Of a DNA stretch of 64,000 nucleotides, positions 38,000 to 50,266 are shown piece after piece. The notes beneath the pieces were generated by a model that saw nothing but the letters and a program-made list of their open reading frames with translations, ran no database searches and was not told where the DNA came from. The first letter of the stretch is position 1, and every line of letters begins with the position of its first letter. The stretch spans positions 287,556,001-287,620,000 of the forward strand of contig OZ024743.1 of the NCBI GenBank assembly GCA_964016885.1. The letters run 5' to 3'. The translations under genes were made by a program, and so were the position numbers. This DNA is from Eledone cirrhosa (taxonomy: Eukaryota).

Positions 38000-40505
38000 G
38001 GGAGAACAATCCTTATAGAAAAAGATAGCGAAAAGGGATTGATGTGAGCAACTACACGCCTATCCCGTTTGTTTGCAGCCTATATGGAAAGTACTAACAA
38101 GGTTGATAGCTGATGAAATATACTTTTTCAAAGAAATATAACACATACTTCCTGAACCAGAGAAGAAATGTTAACTAGGTGACAGGAAACATACTGAATG
38201 ATACTTCCGGATGTGAAAAATTGAAAATAATATAATAATAGGATAGATCGACTACTGAAAAGCATGTAACATGATTCTCCGTTCTTGAAAATATTTGGCA
38301 TCCATGATGGAATACAAGACCCTATTACAGCGAATATGGTGTCGTGACAAGTCAATTTAACATATGGTCTAATTTCTATGGTTGAGATAGAGATTAAAAT
38401 AGGTATTTTTCAAAGAGATTTATCATCATTACTGTTGTTTATTACTGCCTTAATTCCTATGTCTTGTATATCATTAAAGTGGCAATTAGCAGAGTCGCCA
38501 GGACGTCGGATTAAAAATGCTTCTGTGTTTATTTCGATTCACTTCGCTCTCTTTCTTTCTCTGGAAGAAATCGGTTGAGATCCTAGGCTCCGGAAGGTTT
38601 AAAATACTCGAGCCACGTTGTTTGTCAAGTCAGTTCCCTTACGAATCCACCAAGAGTTAAGAGACCTTTGTCTTTTTATTTTATATAAAGATACCATCCA
38701 GATAAAACTAATAAAAATAATTATGTAGAGTTCATGGAAGAATTCACACTTGATTTCAGCAAGTGAGAAGGTACTGAATTCTTTGATACAGTTTGTTGAG
38801 CAGATAGTGGGATACAGTTTAGTATTGGTATATGGGCCATATATGTAATAGAACGAAAGAGGGAAACAACGGTAAAATCTGGGGGTATTATCCTTCAACT
38901 TAAATCCCCAATAATATCACCGAAGGAAGTGATAAGTATAAATATTTGGGAAGGTTGAAACAGAGGGAAAGGAAATTAATGAAGATCTTAGAAATGAAAT
39001 GAATGGAAAAATAATTGTGGAACCTTTCTCTTCATTCTTTTCCCGTCTGGCGCTAAAATCTATAATCAAGATGTTAAACTAGAATTAACAGGAATTCAAA
39101 CTCTAAGTGAGGACAATAAACCATTTTTATACTGGTTTTATGCTGCAGATAATAAAAAAACTAGAAACACTTATGCAAAGAGTATACAGATTTAATAGAA
39201 GACTTATAGAATTAGACCAGGTACTTACAAGCAATGAGTATCAATGAACTAAACAGTACAGCACACATAAATGGAAGTAAATATTAGAAAGGAATATAAC
39301 AGTTAAACAGAATTAAATGCAATAAGCAAGGCAGTAGGCATCAATACTCTAGCTGTCTTAGTAAAAAATTATAGTCCTAGCAAACTAAACAGAAAAACAA
39401 GAAAAATAATGACTGTATTTAGAATACACTACACAAAATCTGATACACAAAGTCTACAATTATATTGAAATCAGGGGAATAGGGCTTAATGTAGCTCGAA
39501 AATTATTAAAATATATCTACTGTATGACTAGAAAACATATATAATAAGAAATAAGATAAAACAAATATAATTAGCTACAAAACACGAACAAAACAAAAAA
39601 GTTTCTCTCTCTTCAAGAAAGACAATAAAAGCGAAGTAGAGGCTGAAATGATAGACAGTTGTGAGAAAAGAGGAGAAAAAAAACGATAGGAATCGTGACA
39701 AAGGTAAAAATGGGGCTAAAGTATTCCATGCTAAAGCGATGGCAAGCAAAAGTTCTACATTGCTAATACATGAAAAAATTGAAGACGGTGAAAATAGCTA
39801 AATGTAACTCTTAATATTGGCTGAGAAGCGTGGGACTCAATGCTGAGATCAAACAATTCTTGATTTTATCTCAGGATCAAACCCTTACCACAAGAAAGTA
39901 CATAAAGTAATGTAATAAAGTAGAACACGTTAAGTAACTACAGAATATGTGAAGCTTGGGAAGAAACAATCACATTGTCTATTGTTGCTCTGTTTTAGTC
40001 AACAAATATAACCGTTGCAAGCATGACAGAGTTGGAACATTCATACTCTGGAAGATATACCAGCATTATGAAAGATCAACAGAAAAAAGTTTATATAAAC
40101 ACACATCAATAAAGGAATGAGATAATGACAAGACCACAATGCTATGCAAAATACCAAAACACACAAAACAAGGAAATAGAGAATTGGCTGGATTATTGTT
40201 AAGGACAAAAAGGAAAGGAATGCCTCTCACTCTTAATCTAAGTATTATTCTTAACAGATAATTATGAACCTCCAAAAGAAATGGAAAAACTATCTATATA
40301 TAAAGATCTGGAATTAGAGGTAACCAAAATTTGGGAACCGAAGATAGGAAGCAACCGTATAACAGATGCCTTTGGAACTATTTAGAAATATAAACGCAGA
40401 CAAATATATAACTAGTATCCTAGGACTTACAAATATATACACCATTCAGAAAATAGCACTACTAGGTACTACTATAATACTATAAACGTATTGCACAGAG
40501 TACTG
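38000..40505 (+). mobile_element. Highly decayed R4/Dong-like element (RT to RLE)
   Basis: Ordered relics IKIGIFQRDLSSLLLF (38390), KYKYLG (38933), INTLAV (39340), WLRSVGL..QDQTLTTRKY (39818), HDRVG (40022), KLSIYKDLELEVTKIW (40287), IQKIALLGT (40444). Confidence 0.8.
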
Positions 40506-41255
40506 TTAATGCAAATGGAAATACAAATCATTGCATATATCCAAGGTGCACAGAGCTGCGATCGTTCGTGTAGTGAAAACACGCAACAAAAATAAAACTG
40601 TGGCAAAAAAGTAGTAACAAATGGTGATATATGTAAGATCGGTATCTCTTCCACAATTACGACAACCTCCCACTTCGTATACTGTAACTTGGTACAGCCG
40701 AATGTGCGTTGGTCTTCGCCGAGTCGAAAAAACTGCCACACGTTTTTGGCAGCTGTTCATAAACTGTTGTTTTTACCAATTGTCTATAATTTAGGAGTTC
40801 TATAATTTAGATTCTACCTCCTCCTCAATCAACACAAAATCGTGTTTTGCCTTCCTTTTGATAGTTTAGCGGCCCCATCAAGTTATTGTTACTGATTCGG
40901 AGAACCATGAATCTCACGTAGTCCAGAAAGATAGGTGCTTTATCATGATGGATGTACAGCCTCTGTCTTTTCACTGCTCTCATCTGTATATTGCTCTCAC
41001 TATAAGACGATAATGGGGAGGGGTACTGTTGTTTATAGTCAAGTTGCCCCTATATTGGAGAAGGAGATTATTTGGCTTCTCAGTGCTCTACTTCGTTGGC
41101 GGCATCTGATGCTATCGACACTGGAGATTAAGCAGTTTCGTTTGATTTCGCCTTGACTACCCATTTTGACCTACTCTTGTCACTCATTTTCTATTGACTT
41201 TCTCTGACCTGCAACACTAGTAAATGATGAGTTGCTGTTCTTGTTCTCATTAGAG

Positions 41256-41440
41256 GATTGGCAGTATCGGTAGAGGGTCGGGCGCCATGCTTTGACGTAT
41301 AGAGTTACGGCCCTTGCCATTCTGAGTTCAAATCACGCCGAAATTAACTTTGCCTTTCATCCTTACGGGGTCGATAAAATAAAGTGCAAGTAATGCACTG
41401 GGTAATTGCTGGCCTTGTGCCAAAAGTAGAAACAATTATT
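41256..41440 (+). mobile_element. CORE-type SINE
   Basis: Full head, CORE and tail. Confidence 0.88.
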
Positions 41441-41444
41441 GCAA

Positions 41445-41445
<1 letters not shown>

Positions 41446-41519
<74 letters not shown>

Positions 41520-41550
41520 GTATCTATCTATCTATCTATCTATCAATCTA
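41446..41550. repeat. (ATCT)n microsatellite, 5' flank of Tx1 copy D
   Basis: Seen directly. Confidence 0.95.
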
Positions 41551-41776
41551 GTTGTCGTCTGTTCTACAGTGTGGATGTAATTCACTTCGCGCAGAAGTTT
41601 TGTTCAAATTTATTGCGGAAATTTTGTGAGTTCAAATTTAATTTTGATACGATTGTGTAGCTTGACCCCCCGTCTGAACTGTCAGGGGGTGGGTCAGCTC
41701 ATCTTTACCCCTCCTAGAGGTGAAAAACCTGTTTTAAAAAATTTTGTGGCAAAAAAATTTCAATCGTCTAACAGAA

Positions 41777-43720
41777 ATGTTAAACGCAGCGAACGAAAAT
41801 AGTGGTGGGGGGACAGCGGTAAGAGTTGTAAGCTCGCACGCTTTAGTCCCCCCTTCCTTCCCAACTAACGTCATAGAGAAGGAAGGAAAAATTAAAATAA
41901 AAACAGACGAATCTGCGGAGAAAAAAATGACGAAAACACAAATCTGGACATGGATTCCAACAACGAAAAAAAAAAAATTTGAAAAATTGCATGACAATAC
42001 TAATAACACAAACAAAGACACAACAAACACAAAAATAACATTTGAAAATAACACCATAACAGAAAGCAAAGCAGACGACAAGATTTCATTTGCACAGACA
42101 ACAAAGAAATCTTTGACTTATATACCCGAAAATATTTCAGATGTGGCACGAAGAATCACAGACGCCAAACAATACATAAGTGAAGGAGAGAATGGTATTT
42201 TATCGGTAAAAATGCCTCAAGAATTCACCAAAGACATTGAAAGCCGAACGGTGAAGTTCCGCACCATCAACAATACTACAAAAAAACCTGAACAGCCTTC
42301 TCAAGCAGATATCAAAACAGTACTCACAGAAGTACTTAATGAAACCACTTTCATAAGAAAAGACAGACTGTATGGAAGCCTAGCAATTATCATGAAGAAC
42401 GAATCGGCGGCAAAAAAAAGTGCTTTGTCAACGATTCGTTCGAAAAATTTTACCTTTTATCCATCTTATATGGGTAAAAGAACTCAACGCATATGGCTGG
42501 ATGCAATGATGCCAGATGTGGACTACTGCTGGCTCATAGCTGGCTTCATCGATCCAGTGAATGACAACGTGATTTCCATTGGGAAAACCACAGGCAATGC
42601 GTTCAGTGGAACAGGTATAGAGCTGGTAGTGCAAATGAAGCCTGAACGCATCGCCCAAATACCCGACAGAATCCTATTAGAGGGCCACGGGTATATAAAC
42701 ATTAGCGTGGAGGGGAGAAGGCCGTCCTGCCATATCTGTGCAGGCAGAGAGCACCTGAAGGCCGCTTGTCCCCAACTCAACAAAAATAAAACCCTGCTAC
42801 CAACACCAGCTCCACCACCACCACCACAACAGATAAACAAACAACAAAACTCAGTCCCACCCAACCCGTCCCTCAGTAAAACCACACCACCACCACAACA
42901 CAAACAGTCACAACACATTACCCCAAAACAAAATACAGGCCCACCCAACCTCTCACTCAATAAAACAACACAACCACCGCAGACACAACACACAACACAG
43001 TCTAACATAATGACATCCATCTCCCCCACAAAGAAAACCAACACGGAAACATTACCAGCAAACATACCTCTTCCCTCCAACACTGAAGATAACCCAACGA
43101 ATTCGGAGGAAGAAACGGAGTCCTTCAGACAGATTAAAAGGAAAAAAAGAAAACATGTGCAAAACACACAAGGCCAAACAACCCCCACCCAAATCTCAAC
43201 ACAATCCAACAAAACAGAAAACACCCCTCCAGCAACAAACAAAACCAAACCTGCCCCTCCCCTCTTCGAAACACTCACACCATCCGAAAAAAAGACATTA
43301 CACTATACTTACATCAACAGAAACAATAATAAATTAAATGAACTCATAAACAATAATCCTTCGGTACAAACCAAAGGTGTAAACTTTGTTTCTTCAGAAA
43401 ACTACCCACATTTAAAATTAATAAAGATCCCAATGAACCTCTACCAAAAACTAAAAAAGGATTTTAAGGAGGACGTAGGACCACCCTCTGTCAAACCCAT
43501 AAACCGCGTCCTACTAAAAAGCTTTCCCCCTCCCTTCCCCTCCCCAACACAACTCCAAACACCCCAACCCCACCACACACTGACGACCCCACACCACCAC
43601 AAGACACCCCTTCACCCAACACCCCCGACCCCATGGAAGTCGTGCAACCCGAACCCCGGGAAGCGGAAAGGTAGGTCTCTACACTCTCCTTTGGCTCTGC
43701 CGCCCACATGGATGTGTTAA
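41777..43720 (+). CDS. Tx1-like ORF1 (RNA-binding region, CCHC knuckle, P/T/Q-rich linker, conserved C-terminal domain)
   Basis: EGRRPSCHICAGREHLKAACP. First ATG is at 41777 (ORF track starts at TTG 41744). The ancestral stop may be the TAG at 43672 in another frame. Confidence 0.85.
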   Translation: MLNAANENSGGGTAVRVVSSHALVPPSFPTNVIEKEGKIKIKTDESAEKKMTKTQIWTWIPTTKKKKFEKLHDNTNNTNKDTTNTKITFENNTITESKADDKISFAQTTKKSLTYIPENISDVARRITDAKQYISEGENGILSVKMPQEFTKDIESRTVKFRTINNTTKKPEQPSQADIKTVLTEVLNETTFIRKDRLYGSLAIIMKNESAAKKSALSTIRSKNFTFYPSYMGKRTQRIWLDAMMPDVDYCWLIAGFIDPVNDNVISIGKTTGNAFSGTGIELVVQMKPERIAQIPDRILLEGHGYINISVEGRRPSCHICAGREHLKAACPQLNKNKTLLPTPAPPPPPQQINKQQNSVPPNPSLSKTTPPPQHKQSQHITPKQNTGPPNLSLNKTTQPPQTQHTTQSNIMTSISPTKKTNTETLPANIPLPSNTEDNPTNSEEETESFRQIKRKKRKHVQNTQGQTTPTQISTQSNKTENTPPATNKTKPAPPLFETLTPSEKKTLHYTYINRNNNKLNELINNNPSVQTKGVNFVSSENYPHLKLIKIPMNLYQKLKKDFKEDVGPPSVKPINRVLLKSFPPPFPSPTQLQTPQPHHTLTTPHHHKTPLHPTPPTPWKSCNPNPGKRKGRSLHSPLALPPTWMC

Positions 43721-46700
43721 GAGTAGGATGTTTGAATGCACGTGGCCTGGGCTCAACTTGGAAGCAAGCAAAGCTTCTAAATGACCTCAGGTCATGTAGT
43801 ATAAATGTAATGGTTATCTGTGAGACTCGAATCAGCGTCGTGCGGCAGCTGGCCCCCACCTTCGATGACTTTGAGGTGCATGCATCTCTCTGTCAACCTG
43901 GAGGTGGGGGTGGGGTTGTTGTACTGCTGCAAAAACACCTGGGTCTTGCCGTACAGGTTGTGCACTCGGACCCGGAGGGTCGTTTGTTGGTGCTAGACGT
44001 TGGCAGTAGTGAAAGTGCGGCCTTGAGACTGGTCGCCGTCTACTCTCCTTTCGGAGCTGAACGGCCCGACTTCTTCCAGCGTTTGGAGACTTTTCTGGGA
44101 ACGTCGCGTTCCCTGCTTCTAGCGGGGGATTGGAATGACATCCTAGATGCACGTTGGGACTATGCAGGGGCATGTCCTAATAGAGGGGGGTGTAACAGCC
44201 TCAAGGGGTTACTCGACCGTTTTAACTTGGTCGATAGATATCGACTAGATTTTCCAACTGTGCCTACCTGGACTTGGAGAAACCACAGTGGTCAATCTAG
44301 ATCGTACTTAGATAGATTCTTAGTTAGAAGTAAGGATAGGGACATATTAAGCTGTCCAGAAATGCGCACGGTTGGCTACACGGATCACAAATTAGTGACC
44401 TGCGTAGTCAATCTCGAGAAAACACATAAACAGGGTCCCGGTTACTGGAAACTTAATTTGTCTTTACCGGCAAAAGAGACTTACAGAAACCGGATTAGCA
44501 GATTAGTTAAGGAGAGGTTGACGGGTGCAATCGTCAACAACCGATGGTGGGCATCTCTCAAAAGAGAGATTAGAACAGAATCAATAAGTTATAGCAAGAT
44601 GTTAGCTGCCGATAGGAATAGAAACGAGAAAGAATTAACAGGTAAATTAGAAGAGGCAATCAAGAGCGAAGATGTGGCCAGAGTGCTGGCATCGAGGACG
44701 GCCTTGAACCAGTTTTTCGATGCAAAGCACGAAGGCTGCGTCATTCGAAGTAAAATACGTGCTCTAGGTAATGAGGGGGCCAAAGCCGTTAGCTGGGCCC
44801 GCGTGACAGAAGCTAAGAGTGGAAATCGATCCACCATCCGGTCGCTGCAAGACGAAGATGGACGAGTGATCCGGGAGCCTAAGCAGATGTGCGAGGCCTT
44901 TCAAAGGCACTTTGCCCGATTGTTCGGGGGAGGCGAGGGTCCGGGCGGGGGCGTGGATTTCGGTCCATACCTCGACGGCCTGCCGCGTCTCTCGAGCGAA
45001 GAGGCAGAGTCCTGCGAGGGACCAATCTCGGCTGATGAGATCGGAGATGCGCTGAGCCAATGCAGCAGACGCAAATCTCCAGGTCTCGATGGTATACCTT
45101 ACGAACTTTATTTAGCAATGCCGGTCTTCTTCTCCGAACTCCTCGAAGCGGTCTACTGCAATTGGCAGCAGAATGGGAGAATTCCTTGTTCTGTAGCCAA
45201 GGGCGTAGTCACGCTGGTGAGGAAGGACGAGAACAAGGGAGATAGTATAAATAATTTTCGGCCCATAACCCTGCTAAACACAGAGTTAAAGATTTTGGCC
45301 AAGGTGTTAGCAAAGAGGTTGGCGCTTGTCGTGGGTGGCCTGGTGGGAGATGCGCAGACATGTGCTATCCCATCCAGGTCCATTCACGATAACCTCCACC
45401 TCATGCGATACATCATAGAGAGGGTTGGCAACAAACCCGGCTTCGGTGGGGCCCTGATCAACTTGGATCAGTCTAAGGCCTTCGATAGGGTCGACCATGG
45501 ATACCTGGATGCGGTGCTAGCGGCGGCTGGGTTCGGTCCTGTTTTCAGAGGCTGGATCACTGCCTTACATAGCAACCACATCTGTTCTAGGATCAAGGTG
45601 AACGGCTACCTTTCGAAGCCGTTCGAAATCACACGATCCATTCGACAGGGGTTCCCTCTCCCCTCCCTTCTGTACGTATTGACTCTCGAGCCTTTACTGA
45701 GGAAGTTGGAGTTGTTGCAGGGTATCCCTCTGGAACCAGGATTGAGCAAAGCGGTGTCGGCCTACGCCGATGACGTAACAGTAATGGTATCGACCGACTC
45801 GGAGATCGAGGCGATCGGTACCTTACTGGAGGATTACGAAAGGTTGTCAGGAGCGAAACTGAACCGGGAAAAATCCATCGGGCTGCAACTCGGAAGGTGG
45901 AGAGGCAGACTGATGCCTCCTGACGGTGTCGTCGGACACTGGACGGAGGGCCCGGTAAAGTTGCTTGGGGTCTGGTTTGGACCGGACCTCCAGGTGGAAA
46001 AGAACTGGAACGAGGTTACGAACAAGGTGTTTGCACTAACCCAGAAATGGGCCAAGTGTAAGCTGTCCCTAAAAGGCCGGGCGGAGGTGGCGAACATTTA
46101 CATAGCGTCCGTCACTTACTACCGCCTGACTGTCGTGCCTTGCCCTAAGGAAACACTCACCACCATGGAACGCATGCTCTTCCAATTTCTTTGGAAGAAG
46201 CGCCCTCCTATGGTGAGAAGATCCATCTGCTGCCAACAACCTTCGAAAGGTGGGCTGGGGATGCCATGGTTGATGATGCGTAGGCACGCATTAAGGCTAC
46301 GGCACCTACAGGTATTCCTCACTGGTCAACCGGTGTGGGCTCCGTTCGTGAAACGAGCCTTTCCGAGACTCGTCTCGCTCACCGAGCTACAGTCCTGGGT
46401 CAAGCAAAGATCAGGAAAACTGGGAGACTGGCACACTGAGTGTGCTCAGGCGCTCAGGGCTCTCTGGCAAGCGGGCCAGGCCATCGGTGGAGAATCCACC
46501 TCATCATTCTATAGAGGGCTGGTGGCTAGCAGGGGCGATGACACCCTTGGAGAGTCGCTGGACATGGAAGAAGACGAACTGGCCAGCCTGTTCGGTAGGA
46601 CTTTCGGCCCAGGACCAATGGACAACTTCCAGAAGTCACTGGCCTGGCAGTGCTACCGGGGGGCTCTACCCGTTCGAGAAAGGCTCTACAGACACGGGCG

Positions 46701-47145
46701 CCCGGGCAGGGATCCCTCAAAAAAGATTTGCCCTAGATGCGTGCGTCACGAAGAAACCGTTGCGCACGCATTGGTGCAATGTCCGGGCGTGGCTGATCTG
46801 TGGGGCTACGCCGAACGACTGCTGTCGCGGGTGGCGCCGATTCAATTGACCGCCGAGTCCATGATGACAATCAAACCGCCTCCCCTCTTCACAAAGGAAG
46901 CAAAGGCGGTTTTTCTGTGCGTAATAGCCATGTTGAAAGAGGTTGTTTGGTGGACACGATTGAAAGGTCTGAGGTCAGGCAACTTCCTCTCTGGCCATAG
47001 TCTGGTCTACTTCTTCCGATATCACTTCGGAAGAAGGATAAGAATGGAGAGAGAGGTGCTTGGCCACAGGCAGTTTTATGAAAGGTGGGTGATAGTGGCG
47101 AGAATGGCTCGTGTAAATGGGCCTTCTCTGTATACCATCCTGTAG
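43708..47145 (+). CDS. Tx1-like ORF2, 1145 aa: APE endonuclease + reverse transcriptase + CCHC
   Basis: LNARGL, ICET, VYSP, GDWN, SYLD, TDH; KSPGLDG, FRPITLLN, LDQSKAFD, RQGFPLP, YADD; CPRC...HALVQC. Uninterrupted. Confidence 0.95.
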   Translation: MDVLRVGCLNARGLGSTWKQAKLLNDLRSCSINVMVICETRISVVRQLAPTFDDFEVHASLCQPGGGGGVVVLLQKHLGLAVQVVHSDPEGRLLVLDVGSSESAALRLVAVYSPFGAERPDFFQRLETFLGTSRSLLLAGDWNDILDARWDYAGACPNRGGCNSLKGLLDRFNLVDRYRLDFPTVPTWTWRNHSGQSRSYLDRFLVRSKDRDILSCPEMRTVGYTDHKLVTCVVNLEKTHKQGPGYWKLNLSLPAKETYRNRISRLVKERLTGAIVNNRWWASLKREIRTESISYSKMLAADRNRNEKELTGKLEEAIKSEDVARVLASRTALNQFFDAKHEGCVIRSKIRALGNEGAKAVSWARVTEAKSGNRSTIRSLQDEDGRVIREPKQMCEAFQRHFARLFGGGEGPGGGVDFGPYLDGLPRLSSEEAESCEGPISADEIGDALSQCSRRKSPGLDGIPYELYLAMPVFFSELLEAVYCNWQQNGRIPCSVAKGVVTLVRKDENKGDSINNFRPITLLNTELKILAKVLAKRLALVVGGLVGDAQTCAIPSRSIHDNLHLMRYIIERVGNKPGFGGALINLDQSKAFDRVDHGYLDAVLAAAGFGPVFRGWITALHSNHICSRIKVNGYLSKPFEITRSIRQGFPLPSLLYVLTLEPLLRKLELLQGIPLEPGLSKAVSAYADDVTVMVSTDSEIEAIGTLLEDYERLSGAKLNREKSIGLQLGRWRGRLMPPDGVVGHWTEGPVKLLGVWFGPDLQVEKNWNEVTNKVFALTQKWAKCKLSLKGRAEVANIYIASVTYYRLTVVPCPKETLTTMERMLFQFLWKKRPPMVRRSICCQQPSKGGLGMPWLMMRRHALRLRHLQVFLTGQPVWAPFVKRAFPRLVSLTELQSWVKQRSGKLGDWHTECAQALRALWQAGQAIGGESTSSFYRGLVASRGDDTLGESLDMEEDELASLFGRTFGPGPMDNFQKSLAWQCYRGALPVRERLYRHGRPGRDPSKKICPRCVRHEETVAHALVQCPGVADLWGYAERLLSRVAPIQLTAESMMTIKPPPLFTKEAKAVFLCVIAMLKEVVWWTRLKGLRSGNFLSGHSLVYFFRYHFGRRIRMEREVLGHRQFYERWVIVARMARVNGPSLYTIL

Positions 47146-47359
47146 GTAAAGAAGTAAAGGAGAGGGGAGCACCTTCTCCATGTGCTCCCCGGGCAAAGGA
47201 TTGCACACTTTTTCGGGGGTGTGTGCAACCCCCATCACGTCCCCTCCCTTTTGAGGTTATTTTCGATTATTTTCATGTTACACCCTTTTTACTCGATTGT
47301 ATGTAAACTCCCCCTTTGTATTTGTCCCTTCTTTTTATGCCTTTATGGTAAATAAAGAA

Positions 47360-47467
<108 letters not shown>

Positions 47468-47837
47468 CTATATATATTAGATATTGATGATTTAACAATG
47501 AAAGTAATAACAACAAAGTCAAATTATTTACCTATTGATATCATCGTTTTACGATCATTTCGGAGGGTTGATCATATTGACATATTGACTGATCTATAGC
47601 AGTTATATAACTGTATACTATCAGACTTCATATATAGGTTCGATAAGACTGTCGTCTTCGGAAACAATGAAGTTAGAAACAGACTGGTAGCTTCTCTCCT
47701 TCCTTTCGCCGAAAAGAAGTAAGTGACGTAAAACCGATAGCGTATGGTCTTCTAAATGTTTTTAATTAAACATACGGTATATTGCCAAATATACTATACA
47801 TACATTCATGTATACATCGCTATTTCAGAGCACCAAT

Positions 47838-47893
<56 letters not shown>

Positions 47894-47965
47894 AATAATA
47901 AATAAATAATTAAGTTAAAGTGTACATCTAAAATTTAATTTCGTTCCGTTATTTGTTTTTAATAA

Positions 47966-48017
<52 letters not shown>

Positions 48018-48064
48018 AACTAAAATAAATAAGTCAAATATTTAAAATTTGGCTTCGTTTATTT

Positions 48065-48119
48065 ACTGCTATATATATTTCGGTGACAGCCATCTTTGGC
48101 TGTGACCTCTTCAGGCAGT
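48065..48119 (-). ncRNA. Type I hammerhead ribozyme
   Basis: ACTGC-CTGAAGA-GGTCACAGCC aaagat GGCTGTCACC-GAAA-TATATA-TA-GCAGT. Confidence 0.88.
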
Positions 48120-49002
48120 CCGAATTAGTTTTGGTAGAGACGAGTACACATGTTGTTGAGGTGTTTAACTTTGTCAATACTCTGATATGCCCAGTTCCTG
48201 GTTGGGTTGTTATTTCAGATCCTTCTAAAATCAGCAGCAGCAAGACCTAGGCTGACCGCAGCACTAACACCACTACCAAAATAAGGGTAGAGGTCAGATG
48301 CATTTAACAATAGCAAAAACAAAAACTACAGATCGCCTCACCTCAGAAAGAATTTCTATAGACTTTTGACTGAGGAATGCTCTCACAACTGACCAATGGG
48401 AGGAGTGGATCTTACAAATCTTTCCAACTTTGAGATTGGTTATAACACACACACACACATTTTATTTGATTATCTTATTTTATTCTTTTATCATCTTATT
48501 CCTTCTACCATTTTATCATTTTTTTGTTTATATTATCTTATTTTCATTTTCTATTTTCTTCATTTTATTGCCTTTTATTTCTTCATATGCTTGGCAACCC
48601 CCCTCTCCACCACCGCCACGAGAAATGGTGGCAGGATAGATGCCAACACACACACACAGATCCATCTAAAATCAGCAACAGCTGGAATTAAGCTGACTCC
48701 AGCACCAACACCACTATCAACATAAGGGTAGAGGTCAGATGTACTTAACAATAACAAAAAAAACCACTACAGATTGCCTCGCCCCAGAACGAATTTCTCT
48801 AGACTTTTGACTGAGGAATGTTCTCACAACTGACCAATGGGAGGAGAGGATGTCATTTGACGCTGAAATTCGTTTGTTTAAATTCATATGATTCCAGTTC
48901 CTCAGTGAAATAACAACCCAACCAGGAACTGGGTATATCAGAGTATTGACAAAGTTAAACACCTCAACAACACGTGTACTCGTCTCTACCACACTACTTC
49001 GG

Positions 49003-49057
49003 ACTGCCTGAAGAGGTCACAGCCAAAGATGGCTGTCACCGAAATATATATAGTAGT
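49003..49057 (+). ncRNA. Type I hammerhead ribozyme
   Basis: Same as 48065-48119, but stem I 3' arm is GTAGT (G-U wobble). Confidence 0.85.
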
Positions 49058-49683
49058 AATAAACGAAGCCAAATTTTAAATATTTGACTTATTTATTTTA
49101 GTTTATTTTACATTACTTCCGGAGTAACCAAACCAACCTGCGCACTTCGTCGAGTGTTCCAATCTGCATATTGAGGTGTTGGTATACAACCAACATATAC
49201 TCAATATATATATTTCACATTCTCGGTTATCTTTCGCGAATATAGAGGTTATCTCCCTTGCTAGACTCCATGTGCGTTTAGCTATAGTTAATTTCTTCAT
49301 TCGTCGGACAATGGCCCGTTGATAAAGTTATTCCGGTCCCTCTTCTCCCTAGAAGTCTTATATATTTTTATGTGGGCTGATAGGGGGCAGATTAAGGAAT
49401 AGCAGAAACCCAAGAAGCTAGATTTACCACCTTTCTAGTGGGTCCGGGTAAGTTTTTTACATTCATATGATTTATTGATTTATTGATATTTTATCTGAGT
49501 GACCCGAATCTTCCTGGTCGTTATTTTTCGGCTGCACGGGTGATTTTAGGCATAATCTTTGTGTGTTGGTATCTTAACGATAGTTATAGCTCTGATTTAT
49601 CTGAATTATTGAGCCCTCTGCCACTCATGTCGGATTTTGTTTATCGTAAATTCGTGAGCTGATTTTCCGATACTCGATTATTC

Positions 49684-49743
<60 letters not shown>

Positions 49744-49747
<4 letters not shown>

Positions 49748-49910
49748 GTTTCTGATTTAGGCACAAGACCAACAATTTTGTAGGGAGAGGAAAGTCGATT
49801 AAATCGACCCAGTGCGTTACTGGTACTTTATTTTATCGACCCTGTAAGGATGAAAGGCAAAGTTAACCTCGGAATGGAACTCTGAACGCAAAGAGCCGTA
49901 ACTCTTATGC
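49744..49910 (-). mobile_element. CORE-type SINE
   Basis: Reverse-complement CORE and tail. Confidence 0.85.
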
Positions 49911-49974
<64 letters not shown>

Positions 49975-50076
49975 ACCCATACACACATATATATATATGA
50001 GGTCGCTTGTTTCCAAAGTATGTATCAGAAAATGAAAACAAAACAATAAGGTATCATTATATATATTATTATATAA

Positions 50077-50266
50077 GGCGGTGGATTGGCAGTATCGGTA
50101 GAGGGTCGGACGCCATGCTTTCCAGCATAGAGTTACCTCCCTGTATGATCTGAGTTCAAATCCCGCCGAGGTTAACTTTGCCTTTCATCCTCGCGGGGTC
50201 GATAAAATAAAGTACCAGTAATGCACTGGGTAATTGATGGCCTTGTGCCAAAAGTAGAAACAATTA
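50077..50266 (+). mobile_element. CORE-type SINE (well preserved)
   Basis: ggcggtggattggcagtatcggtag...ctgagttcaaatcccgccgagg...gcctttcatcctcgcggggtcgataaaataaagtaccag...ggccttgtgccaaaagtagaaac. Confidence 0.9.

Larger units (their letters stand above)
48012..49208. mobile_element. Non-autonomous PLE-like element: inverted pseudo-LTRs plus an internal direct repeat
   Basis: 48012-48217 is the reverse complement of ~48905-49110; 48218-48405 resembles 48659-48845; bordered by TA repeats. Confidence 0.8.

Noticed and set aside
49215-49315. Hammerhead-like ccgacga...gcgaaa (minus)
   Set aside because: Core is mutated and the stems are not credible by eye.
50077-50170. tRNA genes at SINE heads
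   Set aside because: A/B boxes only, no cloverleaf; they continue into SINE body sequence.
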